Positions 1 through 13,236 of a DNA stretch of 64,000 nucleotides are shown here, in pieces; within the stretch, counting starts at the first letter, position 1; each line of letters begins with the position of its first letter. This DNA is from Tubiluchus corallicola. Taxonomy: Eukaryota > Animalia > Priapulida. The stretch is taken from positions 1 to 64,000 of the forward strand of contig JAQGDQ010000153.1 of NCBI GenBank assembly GCA_030141605.1, read 5' to 3'. A model generated the notes under the pieces. That model was not told where the DNA came from. It searched no databases and worked only from the letters and a program-made list of their open reading frames with translations. The position numbers were made by a program, and so were the translations under genes.

Positions 1-310
1 TGTGACTTATTTGCAAAAAATGTGATTCTTAGGGCCACATGATCAATTTCTCACTCTATTACATCAAAAGATAAATCCCAACAATACTACAATGCTAGCT
101 CTTGTTAAGTTTCTAACTCTTCAGCAAGTATTTTGAAGTCATGTGTGAATGTAAACTATGAAGCAGAACTGATACAATAACAAACAGATTCTTGTACTGC
201 CAATTAACATGCTTACTCAAAACTAGCTGTTTAAAATTAGTTATAAAATTTTACAACTAATCGGTTTTACAGTGCAGTGTGATGCTATTAAAATGTGTAT
301 AAAATCTTAC

Positions 311-436
311 ATTCTTCAGTGTAGCATGAGCAACGTTTGTCGAACTAGATTTCTCAAATTCGTCCATGCATTTAGTAACTTCTGCATAATTTCGGCCATT
401 AAGCAATGCCCATATCCTTTCCATGTTGTATGGTAC
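311..436 (-). CDS. THNSL2: THNSL2 coding exon 6
   Basis: [12 protein letters not shown]...ATLKN; 126 nt; GTAAG donor. Confidence 0.88.
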
Positions 437-3400
437 CTGATCACATAAGAAAGAGAACGATCATTTGTAAAGATGAAAATGAGAATAAATTCTGAATAAG
501 GTGTATGACGACACTGTGAAATTAACATCATAAAGATAAAAACTTATTAATCTATAAAGGTTACTAGGCAAGTCCTCAAAATAAAACAAGTGACTGAGAT
601 CAAGTTGTAACATGGCTCAATTAGCTAAACTTACTACTAATGTACAAGAATAGTGAAATACCAGCTAAACAATTTTTAATTGTTCAGAACGTTATAAACT
701 ATCTAAACTACAGTATTCATTAATATCAAATTTTTATCATACACAGATTTTCTGCATATAAACTAAGCTTCACAGTTAGTATACCTGTATGTCCATAGAT
801 GGAGCCAGGGTACAAAGAACATCTTTTCGAGTGGAAAAATCACCTTGGATGACAGTTCTGTGTACAATATCATTTACTGTCACAGCTGCAACAAATTTCA
901 CAGGCAGGCCCATGTTTTGCGCTATAATTCCAGCAGTTAAATTCCCCGCAGCTCCAGTTGGTACGACAATTTCAACTTCTCTGCCTACTTCCTTGCAAAC
1001 CTTTAAAAAAATGAAGAACTTAAGTTATAACAAAATAGTGTTACTCAAAAGGGAAACAACAAAATTTAAATCTCTTACATTAATCTTTTAATACCAACTA
1101 CCACTAGCACAACTCGTTAAGTATGAAACCATTTTACGTAATTGCTGCACATTATAAGAAGTGTGTATTTCGTTGATTTCACTTGAACTAAACAACAAAA
1201 TTTAAAAACATGCAGTCCCAGATAGGAGTGCGCTATTGATCATTATCCTCCAGAGATGGAGAGTTAAAATACACATTGATAAATATATATTACAAATGAG
1301 TATGGAACAATTAACAATTGAGCAGATTAATTAACAGTTTTTTAAGTTAAATACATTTTAATTTGTTAAAATTTAAAAAAATGTGAATAAAGAAAATGAG
1401 TAGTTTAATATTGCTACAAAAAAGGTAATGACTTTCATATACGAACGTACAGTCAAATTGTAAACGCTGAGAAAATTATCTTTATTTATTTAAATGCTTC
1501 TGTACCTGAAAATAACCATAGAAATGGTGGGCTATTTGAACCATAATTCTTCCCCAATTAATGGAATTCAATCCGATGACGTTATACTCTCTGACGATAT
1601 CCACTTTGTTGAATATAGCTTTTATTGGTTCATCCAAATCATCTGATGTGCCCTCAACTACAAAAACAATGAAAATGGCATCACAATGAAATATAGCAGA
1701 AGGAACAATTACTGAGGGCAGCATAAATGAAATATTTAATATATCTCACATTGCATTTAAGTCAATGACTAATGTTTTTGCTACTTATAATTAAAGAAAG
1801 TAAAATGAAAATCATCGCCACTTAGCACCTGTGTTGCTACCTCAGACTAGAATGCTAACAGCTACGAAAAAAATCTAGTTAGGGATTTTTCAAAAATGTA
1901 AAGTAATGTGCAAGGTTTGTACAAATTAATGAATAATTTGTCAGGAATTTTAAACACCAGCTACCTACAAACACATGTACTGAATCGTCAGTTACTGTAG
2001 TCATCATCCGTTCTTGAATTTCTGAACAGTGATCTTTAGGAAGAAGAACTATAATGTCCACTCTATCTGAATGTCTAACACTCTCAATGGCAGATGAGCC
2101 TGTGTCACCAGAAGTTCCTGAAAGTATTACGGAATATCATGCAATGAGTACAGAAACATGTTTTATATTCTTGTAACAGTCAACAGAAAGGCTTGCAATC
2201 CGACTCTGAAATGCCAGACAAGTAAAACAAAGTGCATTTAGTTAGCTCAACTATTTTGATTTTGATAACTAATTGTTTTTTTGCCACATAAGGCCATAAC
2301 TAATGCCTTACACGTGGCTTTAACAGATAATAGTATAGTAGCTACATTACAAAAATTTGTCACAAAACCTACAAACAGGAGCACTTCTGCTCTGCAAAGT
2401 AAAAAACTTTATATTGACAAAACAGAAAAACTACCAATGCATAACAATTACTAAGTCCATGCACATTACGCGAGTTTATGGATTCCTTAGTTTCTTTCAA
2501 CATAGCACATTCCTTATTTTACCAACATTCCTAGTCATTACAGGTGCTTAACCAAAAAAAAACACTGTTACTCAATGTATAAATTACAGATCTATGACAG
2601 CCAAAGTTTCTATAGCAGATTTAGCACACAGTCCCTTGTGTACCAGATACTTTTTACAAAAAAAAAACATGTGTTCATGCAACTACCTTCCTGACTGTGC
2701 AAAGTTAACTGTAAGACCATTAACCTAATTCTAAGATCCTTGCATGAAACTTTCTTACAAACAATGGAAGCATTTATAACAGTTATATTTTTATTACATG
2801 AATATTTTTATGAACATATTTTTTACAGAAAGTAAGTTGCTTACCAACAAGAACTATCAGGCGCTTGTCATTTTTATCCAAAAAATAATTGATGAAATTG
2901 CCAAGACATAGCATCGACAAGTCTTTGAAAGCAAGAGTTGGCCCGTGAAACAATTCTAGCACATTGAGCTCATCTTTCAGTTTCATATTTCTGACGATTT
3001 CAGGTAGCGATATTCGGGCGAATGCTGCATCTATTAGATCTGAAAAACAAGTAAAAATTTTTTTCTTTTTTTTGGTAAAAGCTGCTGGACTGGTAGTAAA
3101 AATTTTATTTTGAAAACACACAGGTTTGCTATGATGATTTAAATGCTACACAGTAAAATATTGAGTAATAAAAGTAAAACATTGATATTAATGGCTTGTG
3201 CAATTGACATCAGAATAATTATGGATGTGGCATAAAATGCAACAATATTAGGAAATAAAGAAATACATAATAACGTGCTTACAATATATTTAAATGAGGC
3301 AATTTTTCAAAAAACGAAATGCAGTTCAGCAAACATATTTAATAGAAGTTACCAAGTTACCAACCTGCCTGAACATTTCTTGGCATTTCATCTCCAGACA

Positions 3401-3587
3401 CGTATAAAGCTACAATTTCTTTTACAATGTCTTTGTAGGAATACGTTGACCATTTCTGAAGGCCAGCAGTATCTATAATAGGAATGTTATTCGGCAGAAA
3501 GATTCCTCCGTCTGATACCCAACCAGATAAGATAGCTTGCTCAAATGAGCAATTCTGGCACACACCCCTGGTGCTGGTATAGAGCAT
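311..3587 (-). CDS. THNSL2: Threonine synthase-like 2 (PLP enzyme), gene span; 3' part lies beyond window start
   Basis: Six phase-consistent GT-AG exons: 3365-3587, 2845-3039, 1965-2117, 1506-1657, 785-1000, 311-436. Motifs: [28 protein letters not shown] (PLP lysine), [42 protein letters not shown]. Confidence 0.93.
785..1000 (-). CDS. THNSL2: THNSL2 coding exon 5
   Basis: [24 protein letters not shown]...TLAPSMDIQ; 216 nt, phase 0/0. Confidence 0.92.
1506..1657 (-). CDS. THNSL2: THNSL2 coding exon 4
   Basis: [13 protein letters not shown]...[22 protein letters not shown]; CAG|GTAC donor. Confidence 0.92.
1965..2117 (-). CDS. THNSL2: THNSL2 coding exon 3
   Basis: [14 protein letters not shown]...[11 protein letters not shown]...VHVFV; phase 1/1. 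Confidence 0.9.
2845..3039 (-). CDS. THNSL2: THNSL2 coding exon 2
   Basis: tttttcag acceptor; DLIDAAF...[13 protein letters not shown]...LIVLV; G|GTAAGC donor. Confidence 0.92.
3365..3587 (-). CDS. THNSL2: THNSL2 coding exon 1
   Basis: ATG at 3587; MLYTSTRG...MPRNVQA; donor G|GTTGGT, phase 1. Confidence 0.9.
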
Positions 3588-5279
3588 CTCAAGACTTGGT
3601 CACCATAGGAAAGAAATATCTAGGAAATGGAAAAGGAACTATAGTTTGGCCATGTACATCTGTTATGGAATAAGTTAGAAGTAGAACCAATACCAGATGA
3701 TCCAGATCTCCCTTCTGTGGCACACACTTCTTGACTTCTTCACATTTACTTGCTTTTAAGCATTGTATAATTCACCAATAGAATAGTCTTTCACTATCAC
3801 CCAAGGGTGCTTCATAAATTGTTTCAAAAGACATTCAAGGAAGGACTGCTTACAGATGGCTGACACCTCATTTCTTTGGATAAATTACTTTTAGATATTG
3901 AATAATGTATACTAAGTTAACCAAAAAATTAACTTACTATAAGACAATTAAGAAAGATTTTACCCAAGGCAAGTAACATGCATTACAATTTTTACTACTA
4001 CAGTCATATTTTACTGTGCAAAACCTTCAGTACACTACTCTAATCTAGAAGATCTTTGCCAAATGTGATCAACTGACCATGCCAAATGACGTCAAGCATA
4101 TTGGTCTATCGCTCCGCCTCCGCTGTGAAATAAGCACAACAAATGTCTTTAGTAAACAACATGACAACTAATGTTTAATTAGCATATTAACTGATTGTAT
4201 ATTTTCATACATACAAATTTGCAGAGCAGCAGCTATTTTACATGAAATTAAAACCTGAAGTAGCCAAAAAATGACTTTTTAATTATAATAGAATGTAGAG
4301 ACGAAGTTTCAAAGCACTACAAAATGCAGAGACACGTGTAAAGAAACTAAGCCAGTTAACCTTGTTTTAAAATTAATGAGCATGAAGTCCCTCTTGTCTT
4401 TGAATGTACTAACATATCATGCCTGTATTTTTCCTATATTTAACTGATCATGTGCTCGTTTGCAAAATTTATCCAGTTTTTGTATTTTTCCATTTGTTAG
4501 GCTACAGAAATGGAATAAAATTGATTGTTTCATTCCATAGATGACCCTTATATCGACTGAACGAGTTGTATAAGTCCCAATGGCATCTTTTAACCATGAT
4601 TATAAGCAGAAAAATAATGGCAAAATTAGCTAATATTACACTGATATATAATATAAATTTTGATCACATTTGAATTAATTCTACTTAGAGCAAACCACTT
4701 GGAGATGCATAGGTTATAATTTTTACATGTGGGTTAACCTTGAATCATACCTCCTAACTCGGGCTTCTATGATCTGAAGTTATGAATTTCTTCTCAACTC
4801 TGTTCAGGTAGGGCATTTGACATTTGCAAATATTAAAGCAGTGTCATATAACCGGCCTAACCTCGTTCGCTTAATTCATCCTTTTTTAAAGTTAATCAAA
4901 TAATTGTTTTTATCTAACTTGCAACGTAATAAACTAAACTAAACTGCGTATTTTATTGACAGCAAAACGGTTTAATCACTAACTCATAGATGTAAGCTTT
5001 ATGCATTTCTTCCTAGAATAAACGAAATTAGACTATATATTTCCACTAAGTCGCTTGCAATTTCAATCGACAATAATAAAATCTAGAACCAGGCCAATAT
5101 TTCTCCCGCTAACTAGTCAAAAGTTGAACATTTTTCATAACAATATTAGATGCAGCTGCAGCTAAAAGTCCTGAACACACCTGCATTAATTAAGCTCTGC
5201 AGGGGTGCGAAAAATCTTGCACGCTGATTTCACGTCAATTATTGCCAGACAACCAATCTGCCAAATGTGATTCTGACCT

Positions 5280-5660
5280 CATCGATTCGATCCGTCTCGT
5301 CTCAAGTTAGGCTGTAGTCATCTAGGTGCTTGCACGTTCTAAAACGAGCACGTCCCACCTGCACTCCTGTCCACCACAACAGCCTACAAAGCATCACCCT
5401 TAAATCTAGTTGTATTTGCAAAATCTTTCTGCAGTATAGCTATATATGTCAGTAGTTAACTCTCTCTCTACTTTTTTGTCACTTCAAGAGCTTTTCAATA
5501 GCTTCAAGAGGACGTAACTAACGCTGTAGGAAGAGGAGATTCTTGAAGCAGTCTTAGTGTATGCCCAATCCAATGCAATCCTCTTCATACAAATCATCAA
5601 TGGATATCCTATCAGGCCATTTAATGCCTAACAGTTTCCTGCAGAGACTTCTTTGAAAAG
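5280..5660 (-). mobile_element. Decayed 3' fragment of RTE-type LINE
   Basis: Minus-strand translation gives RKLLGIKWPDRIS, then after a frameshift RGLHWIGHTLR, matching the C-terminal region of RTE ORF2; boundaries approximate. Confidence 0.65.
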
Positions 5661-5669
5661 TTAGTTTAA

Positions 5670-6250
5670 CCACAAATCCTAAATGAATGGACGTGATGAA
5701 CCTAATATGAATGCGACAGATGTAAATTGGACGTCTATTCACTAATTTACGTAGACTATTCACTAATGGACGTAGTTATGGTTAGTTCACTTAGACTTCG
5801 CAATCTAGCAAGCAAGTTCGTAGTTAAAATGAAAATCACGTGGCAAAAACTAATCAAATTGATTTGCATGCGACATGGAGTCCATCATGTTTAAACTAAC
5901 ATCCATCTGGCGCAAAAGATTAAACCCACGTCAACAATTACGTAGGTCCATATTTTACGTTACATTATTTTGCGAATGGACGTTCCCGTTCAAATACATG
6001 GACCTAAATCACGTCCATCAATATAGTCTTTAATTTAGTGAATAGATACTCCCAAGTTACGTCCAAGATTACGTAGTCCATCAGTTTAGTACACGGGCGT
6101 GCAATTTACGTCTAAAATTATGTCCAACAAGTCCATCGAAATAGTAAACGGACGTCCGTCACATCCATCGGAATATGTCCGTCAAGTTAGTGAATGGACG
6201 CTCAAAATTACGTTCACTGCGTCTAAAATTACGTTCATTAAGTCCACGAA
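5670..6250. repeat. Motif-rich degenerate repeat (TGGACGT/ACGTCCA arrays), probable non-autonomous DNA transposon
   Basis: Many AATGGACGT, ACGTCCA and TTACGT motifs in both orientations in otherwise CpG-poor DNA; termini not resolved. Confidence 0.5.
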
Positions 6251-6262
6251 AAGAGACCCTTG

Positions 6263-7204
6263 TGTTGGGAGCCGTTTGGACCACTGCGCCAAGTAGACCA
6301 ATTGGTCTACTTGGGCTAGCCCAAGTAGACCGCGGTCTACATGGGCTGCCCAAGTAGGACACTAGAGACAGGTAGTGAATTCAGTCGTTAAGTGTACTGA
6401 CACCGTCCGTTGTGCTTGTTTATGTAATAATAATAATTAAAAACGTTAATACACGTTGAATAATTTATTATACATCTAATAAAATAAAAGAATTTTATTC
6501 TGAGCTGGTAGAACGGACAATATTAAATTTGGTTTCGATATTAATGTTGTTGAAGTGAAAAAACCCCACTTTTTTGCGAATTCAACATTTGTTTAAGGTA
6601 TATCATTTTTGATTTTGTCTCATTTCACAAACAGGTGATCCGTTTCACTACCTCTTGGGCAAATAATTGTTTCCTTATAAGTAAACGTTCTAGCGATCTA
6701 TGTGTCCTACATGGGCTAGCGAGCCATGTAGGACAGTGCCCTACATGTTACAATACTACTGATAATATTAAAACCAATTATCCTTGCTTTTCTTAAATGT
6801 TAAAAATTACTTTTTGGTGTTGTGAAGGCTTAGCAGCATCTGTCTCATTTTTAAATTTGCAATTATTTCTGTAATAACTGTGTGCAGAATTTCTCTCTTT
6901 AAAGCATTAGATACTAGGTTTAATGTTATGATATATTAATGGAGTTAATCATAATGATGAAATTATTGTAAGAAATGCATTTGTAAATTGCCAAGGGATA
7001 TCCATTTCTAAAAGAAATTTTGTTTTATGCTTTATTATGTCATAACAATACTTATAAACAATGGTAATATAAACTGGAAACAAGTTTTGCCAGAGCAAGT
7101 TTCTCGACAAAAATCGCGTGTCCTACTTGGGCTGCCCATGTAGGACACTACTTTTAGCGCATCAAGTGGTCTACTTGGCGCAGTGGTCCAAACGGCTCCC
7201 AACA
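6263..7204. mobile_element. 942-bp MITE with 38-bp perfect TIRs (TGT...ACA termini) and 5-bp TSD CCTTG
   Basis: TGTTGGGAGCCGTTTGGACCACTGCGCCAAGTAGACCA at 6263-6300, exact reverse complement at 7167-7204; CCTTG at 6258-6262 and 7205-7209. Confidence 0.92.
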
Positions 7205-7499
7205 CCTTGTTTAACCTGAATTTGACTTTGACACCACTGCGCAGAAGCCGTAACCTTCTCAGACATTTCTAAGCGTGCAAAAGATTTCTTCTGTTGCTTG
7301 AATAAAAAAGCGTGAAAACTGACAAAACGACCAAAGCGGGCATTAATTAATTTGGTTGTCTAATCCAGTGTTATTTCCTTACTAAAATCTGTTATTTACT
7401 GCTGGTGACTTGTTGTATGATACGAGAACGGTAAATGTTTTAATATTTCTTGTTTAAGTTGTAAAAATTGTTGCTTACTATTATTAATGCTCAGTACAT

Positions 7500-9330
7500 T
7501 GAATTACGGATGTTGTTGTGCTGTCATGCTTGGTATATTGTTCCTTCCGTAGTTTGTCGAGTTTGCCCTAGTGGGCACTTCGTGTCAGAGGGGAACTTGT
7601 TCTATTGTAATTGCAGTTGTAGCATCAGTTCCAATTGGAATGAGTGAGTGTTTGAATTGGTGTGGGTCTTTAGTATTCCTCACATTATGGTTTAATGAGT
7701 TTCACTCATTGACGGAACTTTCTAAAGATGAATCCATTCCTGTTTTGACCTGGGTTTCATCACTTTTGCTCCATTTCCTCTAAGATTGATAGTTGCATAC
7801 TTAGATGGATCTAGTTTGGTTTAGTTGTTCAGCATGTGGTGAAACACTTTCATCCCTCTTTGTTGCCTAAATGAGTAAATCAGAGTGATGGTAATCTGAG
7901 ATTTTGCATTATTTGTGTATCGCGCATGCCATTTTTATTGTGCTTTCCTGTATTTTTTCTCCCTTCCTTATGTACTGTTGTTTAGCCGGATTCCAGATGA
8001 CATAATCATAGTCCAGAAGTGGCCTTGTAAAGGTCTTTTAGAGTATAAGAATCATAGTTTAGTTGCACCAAGGTAGGTAAATCACCATCTGATCACCCAA
8101 AGACATTTTCTGGCTTTCTTTATAATTTCATCAGTGTGGTTGGAGAAAATGAGCTTATTATAAAAACAGACTCCCAAGTCCGTATGTTTTCTATTGCAGG
8201 CATTGGTTCTATATGACCTGAGGAGTTTCATCTTGTGTCCATGTAAACCACCTTTTCTCCTTCCTCAGATGGGATATCCTGCACCTTTCTGCATTAAAAA
8301 ATATATGATTGATGTGACCATAAGACTCAGCCATTCATGTGACCATGTCATTCTGGAGTTGTACATTGTCAGCTACTAATTAGATTTCTCTTTAAATTTT
8401 TGTATCATCTACAAACATTTTGGTGATGGAATCAATCTTGTCTGGAAGATCGTTTATAAGACTAAGAATAATAGGGGTCCAAGGACACCACGCTTAACCA
8501 TAACATTGGAGGAGCACCTTGAGTTGAGTTTAACACACTGGGTTTAATTTATCTATTATTTAGTAAGCACAAAATTATATAAATTTATACTTTAGTAAGA
8601 AAGAAACAGTAAAATTATATAGCCATATTCAGTACGTTTAAAACTTCAAAAAGTCTAATCCAGCTATTCAGTTTGCCCATGATACTCTAAGCCTACAGTT
8701 TTTACAGTAGTTTCCATTGTGGCACTTTGTCAATTGCTTTCTTAAAGTCATACACCTACCTCAGCCCACCTGTTCGAGTGAGTCTTGCCAGTTGTCTTAC
8801 AAATTGAGCTGTCTTACAAATTACCCATGTCACCAAGCACCAGTCTGCTTACTTTGTGAATCGCTGAAGTAGTACTTTTAACAAATTAAGTTAGAAGCAG
8901 TCATAAACTTGTTCTTAATTATCTTCATAAGGATCTTGCTTACAGTGGATGTAAGATAAATTGTTGGATAATGACATTTATTGTCCCATTCTCCTTGCTT
9001 GAAAGTGGGTGATATTAAGGAAGACATTAATGCTTATGCAGAGATTTGCTAAATATTATGTGTAGTGGCTTGATAAAATTTGATGGAGCTGTTTGATGGA
9101 GTATGGATGGAAGCTCTCTGGACCCATTGAAGAATCATCTTTGGTCAAAATCAAATGCTTGCAGTACTATTGTTGGATTACAGCTCTTATTTTTTTAATT
9201 AGACCTATTTATTACTTCATTTTAGTACGTGTTTTGATGGACTTGTGCATGTATGAACTTTTGGCACAAATATAATTCAAATAGTGAAATAACTGAGAAA
9301 TTGACTGAATTGGCACCGGATATTACTTTG
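7500..9330 (-). mobile_element. Decayed CR1/L2-clade LINE (reverse transcriptase region, many stops and frameshifts)
   Basis: Minus-strand RT remnants in correct order: DFKKAIDKVP (~8720-8755), VLGPLLFLV/INDLPDKIDSITKMFVDDTKI (~8390-8490), FNAERC (~8280), V-NE*NSL...FKHSL (~7640-7715); boundaries approximate. Confidence 0.85.
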
Positions 9331-11600
9331 TAGCCCATGATGAAGTTATTGTTTGTTATGAACGGTCAGTTTGTTGTAATTAAGTCAAGGTTACACCCAC
9401 GCGTGTATGTATGTGTTTGCATATTCCAAGTAAAACATGTAAAGAAACTGTGACAGCATTATACTTTCGATGCTCTTTCTGACTCTGACTCGACATCCTA
9501 GCGGCCTCGGATTTTACCTACCTTAGACAATTATTATAAATGGTAATATACAATTACTGTGTATAATACTAATATATGATTATTGTGAATCTCATTAATC
9601 TAAGCATTGTTGATTGTTGAAGAATTTGCCATCAATATTGGTTGCCCATTCTAATAGAAAGGGGTATGAGTGATAGCGCAGATCACTTTTCTACGCGATT
9701 TTGCCACACATGATGGCACTTTCTGGGCTGCTTCTCGGTCTGGTGACACCATTATGGGTAGCACACATACTGAGTTGCTTTTCTGGCTTTCAATGTAAGT
9801 GTAAGTAGAGACCGACTTGTGACGTCAGTGCACAGTCATGAAAAAATGCTGTTTTGGAGTTCTGCATAATAATTTTGGGATTAGCGCTAAATGTTCAATC
9901 TTTTAATAATTTTTGACAATTCTCATTGTTATACCGTTGTAGTATGTATGCAGATAACTTATAAACAAAATAACTCATTGCGTGCAGTATTGGCTAAAGT
10001 AGGTTGATATTTTGTTTCATCTTTTGCTTGGTAAATCACAGATTTTCCACATTGCTTCAACAACTTTTGTGCCATTTCACTGTCATGGCGATTTACATTA
10101 ATCCTGATATGACAGCCTACATATAAAAATAGGCCACTTTTCAGTGAACCAGCCCTAATGCAGCTCCACTCACAGTGTTATAACGTATAACTTGTTGTAA
10201 TCAATTGTTATTATTTAAAAACAGTTTTGTCACTATCGATTTTTAATTAATGCCTGTAAATGACTAACAAATCTGAGCTGTTAAGTATCTTTTCTTTAAA
10301 ATTTGTTGTGAGAAAATCTAAAGAATTCAGGTGCACGATAAATGTCAGAACATTTGTTTTAAGGGCTGAGAGTAGATCTTTTCATGTACTGAGAGTACCT
10401 TTAAGTTTTTCTAAGAAAACTAATACAATTTCCCCAACACAAGTGATTTGGCTTTATTACATATTCACAGCCGTTGAGCTTCTCTTTCCTTATTTTCATT
10501 AAAATTCCAACAACAAATAGTACATTTCAAGTAAGGAATGTAGCTTCAGTGGCCATATCACTTCTTTTATATGTATAATGAAAAGAGTGCCTTTTCAAAG
10601 TTTTGCCTTATTTTTGTGCAATAAAAGCCACTGCAAGTTTCTAGAGCTGTTAGAATTTGCTCACAAATTTCTTGCTTGATGGGTAACAGGCAAAAAATGG
10701 CCATAATTAACATTGTAAAAGTTGGTCATAATTATTTTTGAGTCACTGCAACTGGCAGACCATGTATTGATTTACTAGGTATTCATTGTAAAATACTAAG
10801 GAAAAGTCTGTGTTTTGCAATTTGAAAAATCAATTTCTTCATTGACAGTTTGTTACATATTAGATGTTAGTGAGTGATACATCAACTACGTGACAAGCTG
10901 ACAACACCGTGATATTTTAACTTTAACTGAATAACTTTTGCAAAATTGATGAACATCTACGTTTTAATACAAAAGTGAAATCTACGTATAAAAAAATGTT
11001 GCATGATAGACTCTATAAAAATTGTAAAAATTAAACCGTGCTAGATAATTTTTGCCAAAAATTCAAATGTTAAATTCTGCATAAATATTACTAAAAAATA
11101 TATATATTTGAGAGAATAAGAAAAGAGATACTTGTTTTAATTGACTGGGCTTCTTTTATATTAGCAGTTATTTATAGCTTTTATGTATTGAGCAAGCACA
11201 TCATATAAATGTTGTACATACAGATAGCTAATCCTGTGCATAAAATTTGCAAACGGAATGTGTAACCATGCTAGTGTTCTCTTTTTCCAGAATACTTTGC
11301 AGGATTATTTTCAAGGCAAGCTGATAAGCAAACATTGGCTATCACTGTATCATTGTTTGCTTTAGTTTAACATAAACATTAAAATTGTTCTGCACTATTA
11401 AAATACTGTACAGTTCCTCCCATTTTTAGAAGCAAACTGGCTAATGTGCCTTGCAACGTCAATCAGACTAATTCAATTTTGTGCGCATAATTTAATAGCT
11501 CACACCCAGCTTTAAATGCTTTGTTTTGATTCCCAGCCCTCAGCCTCTCAAATCTTATCTCAGCAAGTATTGAAGAATAGAAACCACTGGCAATATATAT

Positions 11601-11710
11601 ATTTGCAACATTTAAAGTCTTAAATTAAGTTATTTAAAATACATACATATATATATATATAAATATATGTATTTTAAATAAGTTAATTTAGGACTTTAAA
11701 TGTTGCAAAT
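11601..11710. repeat. 110-bp near-perfect inverted repeat (hairpin) around a (TA)n loop
   Basis: ATTTGCAACATTTAAAGTCTTAAATTAAGTTATTTAAAATACATA and its reverse complement with 2 mismatches. Confidence 0.88.
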
Positions 11711-13236
11711 TGTGTAGGAGCTTTATCTATAGCTTTTCCACACATTCTTCCTTACAGATGTAGAGAAATACATTTCAGTATATTTTTTGTTTAGATAATA
11801 GACATAACAATGTAATTATTTAAATGAGAATCTCAATTGACTTCTCAGTGCTGTATATTAAAAAATTGGTATTATACTTTCTAAAAACTGTACGATGATT
11901 AAAAGAAAATTAACTTGAGTGATTATTAATTTAGTGTTTTCTGCATGTCATTCTCTTCTACATAAAAACAAATGACATGTTTACAAGCATTTACCAAAGT
12001 GTAAAATCACTTTGGTAACATTTTTAAACCCTCTTACTATGGAAAATTTCATTAAGTATACCAACCAAGTTATTACATTAATGACTGTAAAATATGTAAA
12101 TATTATTGTCTAAAAAGAACTCTAAAGCTACAATAACTGGTCATTTTCAATTCAGTAAGGCAGTCACTATTACATCTATAGCTCAGTTATTTCACATACT
12201 TGCACGTTATTATATTTCATAACACCTTTAATACCAAGTAATGTTCGTTCTTGGCAATAAAGGTTACGAGGAATGCATGTATACTATATAATTTAAATGT
12301 ATTGCCAGATTTGAACCGAAGCTTAGATATGAATATGAGTACTAGTGCTAAGCTAAATTATATCCCTGAGTCCCTGCCTTTCAATAAAATTACCAAGTAA
12401 TCACAAAAGCAATATTTTTTGTGAAGTTTAACCTTATACAGTGTGAGACCAAGTAGGTGTAACAGGTGAACATATTTTCAAATGTAGCAGTATAGACACG
12501 CTTTGCTTAATCTTAACTATAACTTTGTGTATGTTTTGGTAGTTTACTTATCATTAGTTTTGACCTAGTTTACTTGATTTCAAAGCCATTAAGACTAGCC
12601 TTACATCTCGGTGACACGTTAGGCCTATGTGAGGAAAATACAATCAAGTTTGTTACATACTTAAATTTTGCAATAAAGTATTTAATTTTACAGCTTTTAC
12701 ACTACATACTGTCTCGTTTAATATGTCTCAGTTTATGCATATACATAAACATGAGATTGGTTGGCTAGGCCTGTATGGCATCACATTCCTTAAATTGACA
12801 AGATCCTGTTTATGCACATGGTGGGTGTCACTCTACGTTTTTGTAAAGACGCAGTAATTAGCTTGTTCAAATAATCTGTGGTTCAAACATTTGGTTCAGG
12901 TCTGTGAGAAGCACATGACTGGAAGTCTCTGTAAACGTTTAACTTACTCTTGAAATTTGAAATTCAGATATTTCATTGGTGCAAGCTAATTGTCTTTTAT
13001 TTGGTTTGATTTTTTTACATGTGGACACATTGCAATCTGGAATTCTTTACTCAAAGACAGAGGTTAACAAACAAGATCTTTGTGGCTATCCTGGCTCATT
13101 TGCACGGATATCCCTCTAAGATGAATTGCTGAAGCAGCAGTAGTTTTCTGTTACATTTTCGATGTATGTAGAAGTACATGATCCTCCTTTATGAGGCAGT
13201 TGCCAAGTTTTAGGAATTCTGACCGCCTGTAACGAT

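Noticed and set aside
789-1091. 100-aa plus-strand ORF
   Set aside because: Antisense shadow of THNSL2 exon 5.
6289-6361. Palindromic repeats resembling a CRISPR array or terminator
   Set aside because: No unique spacers, eukaryotic context; explained as MITE subterminal repeats.
9820-9827. TGACGTCA CRE palindromes (also ~4087 and ~29662)
   Set aside because: A few 8-mers in 64 kb are close to chance expectation; no supporting context.
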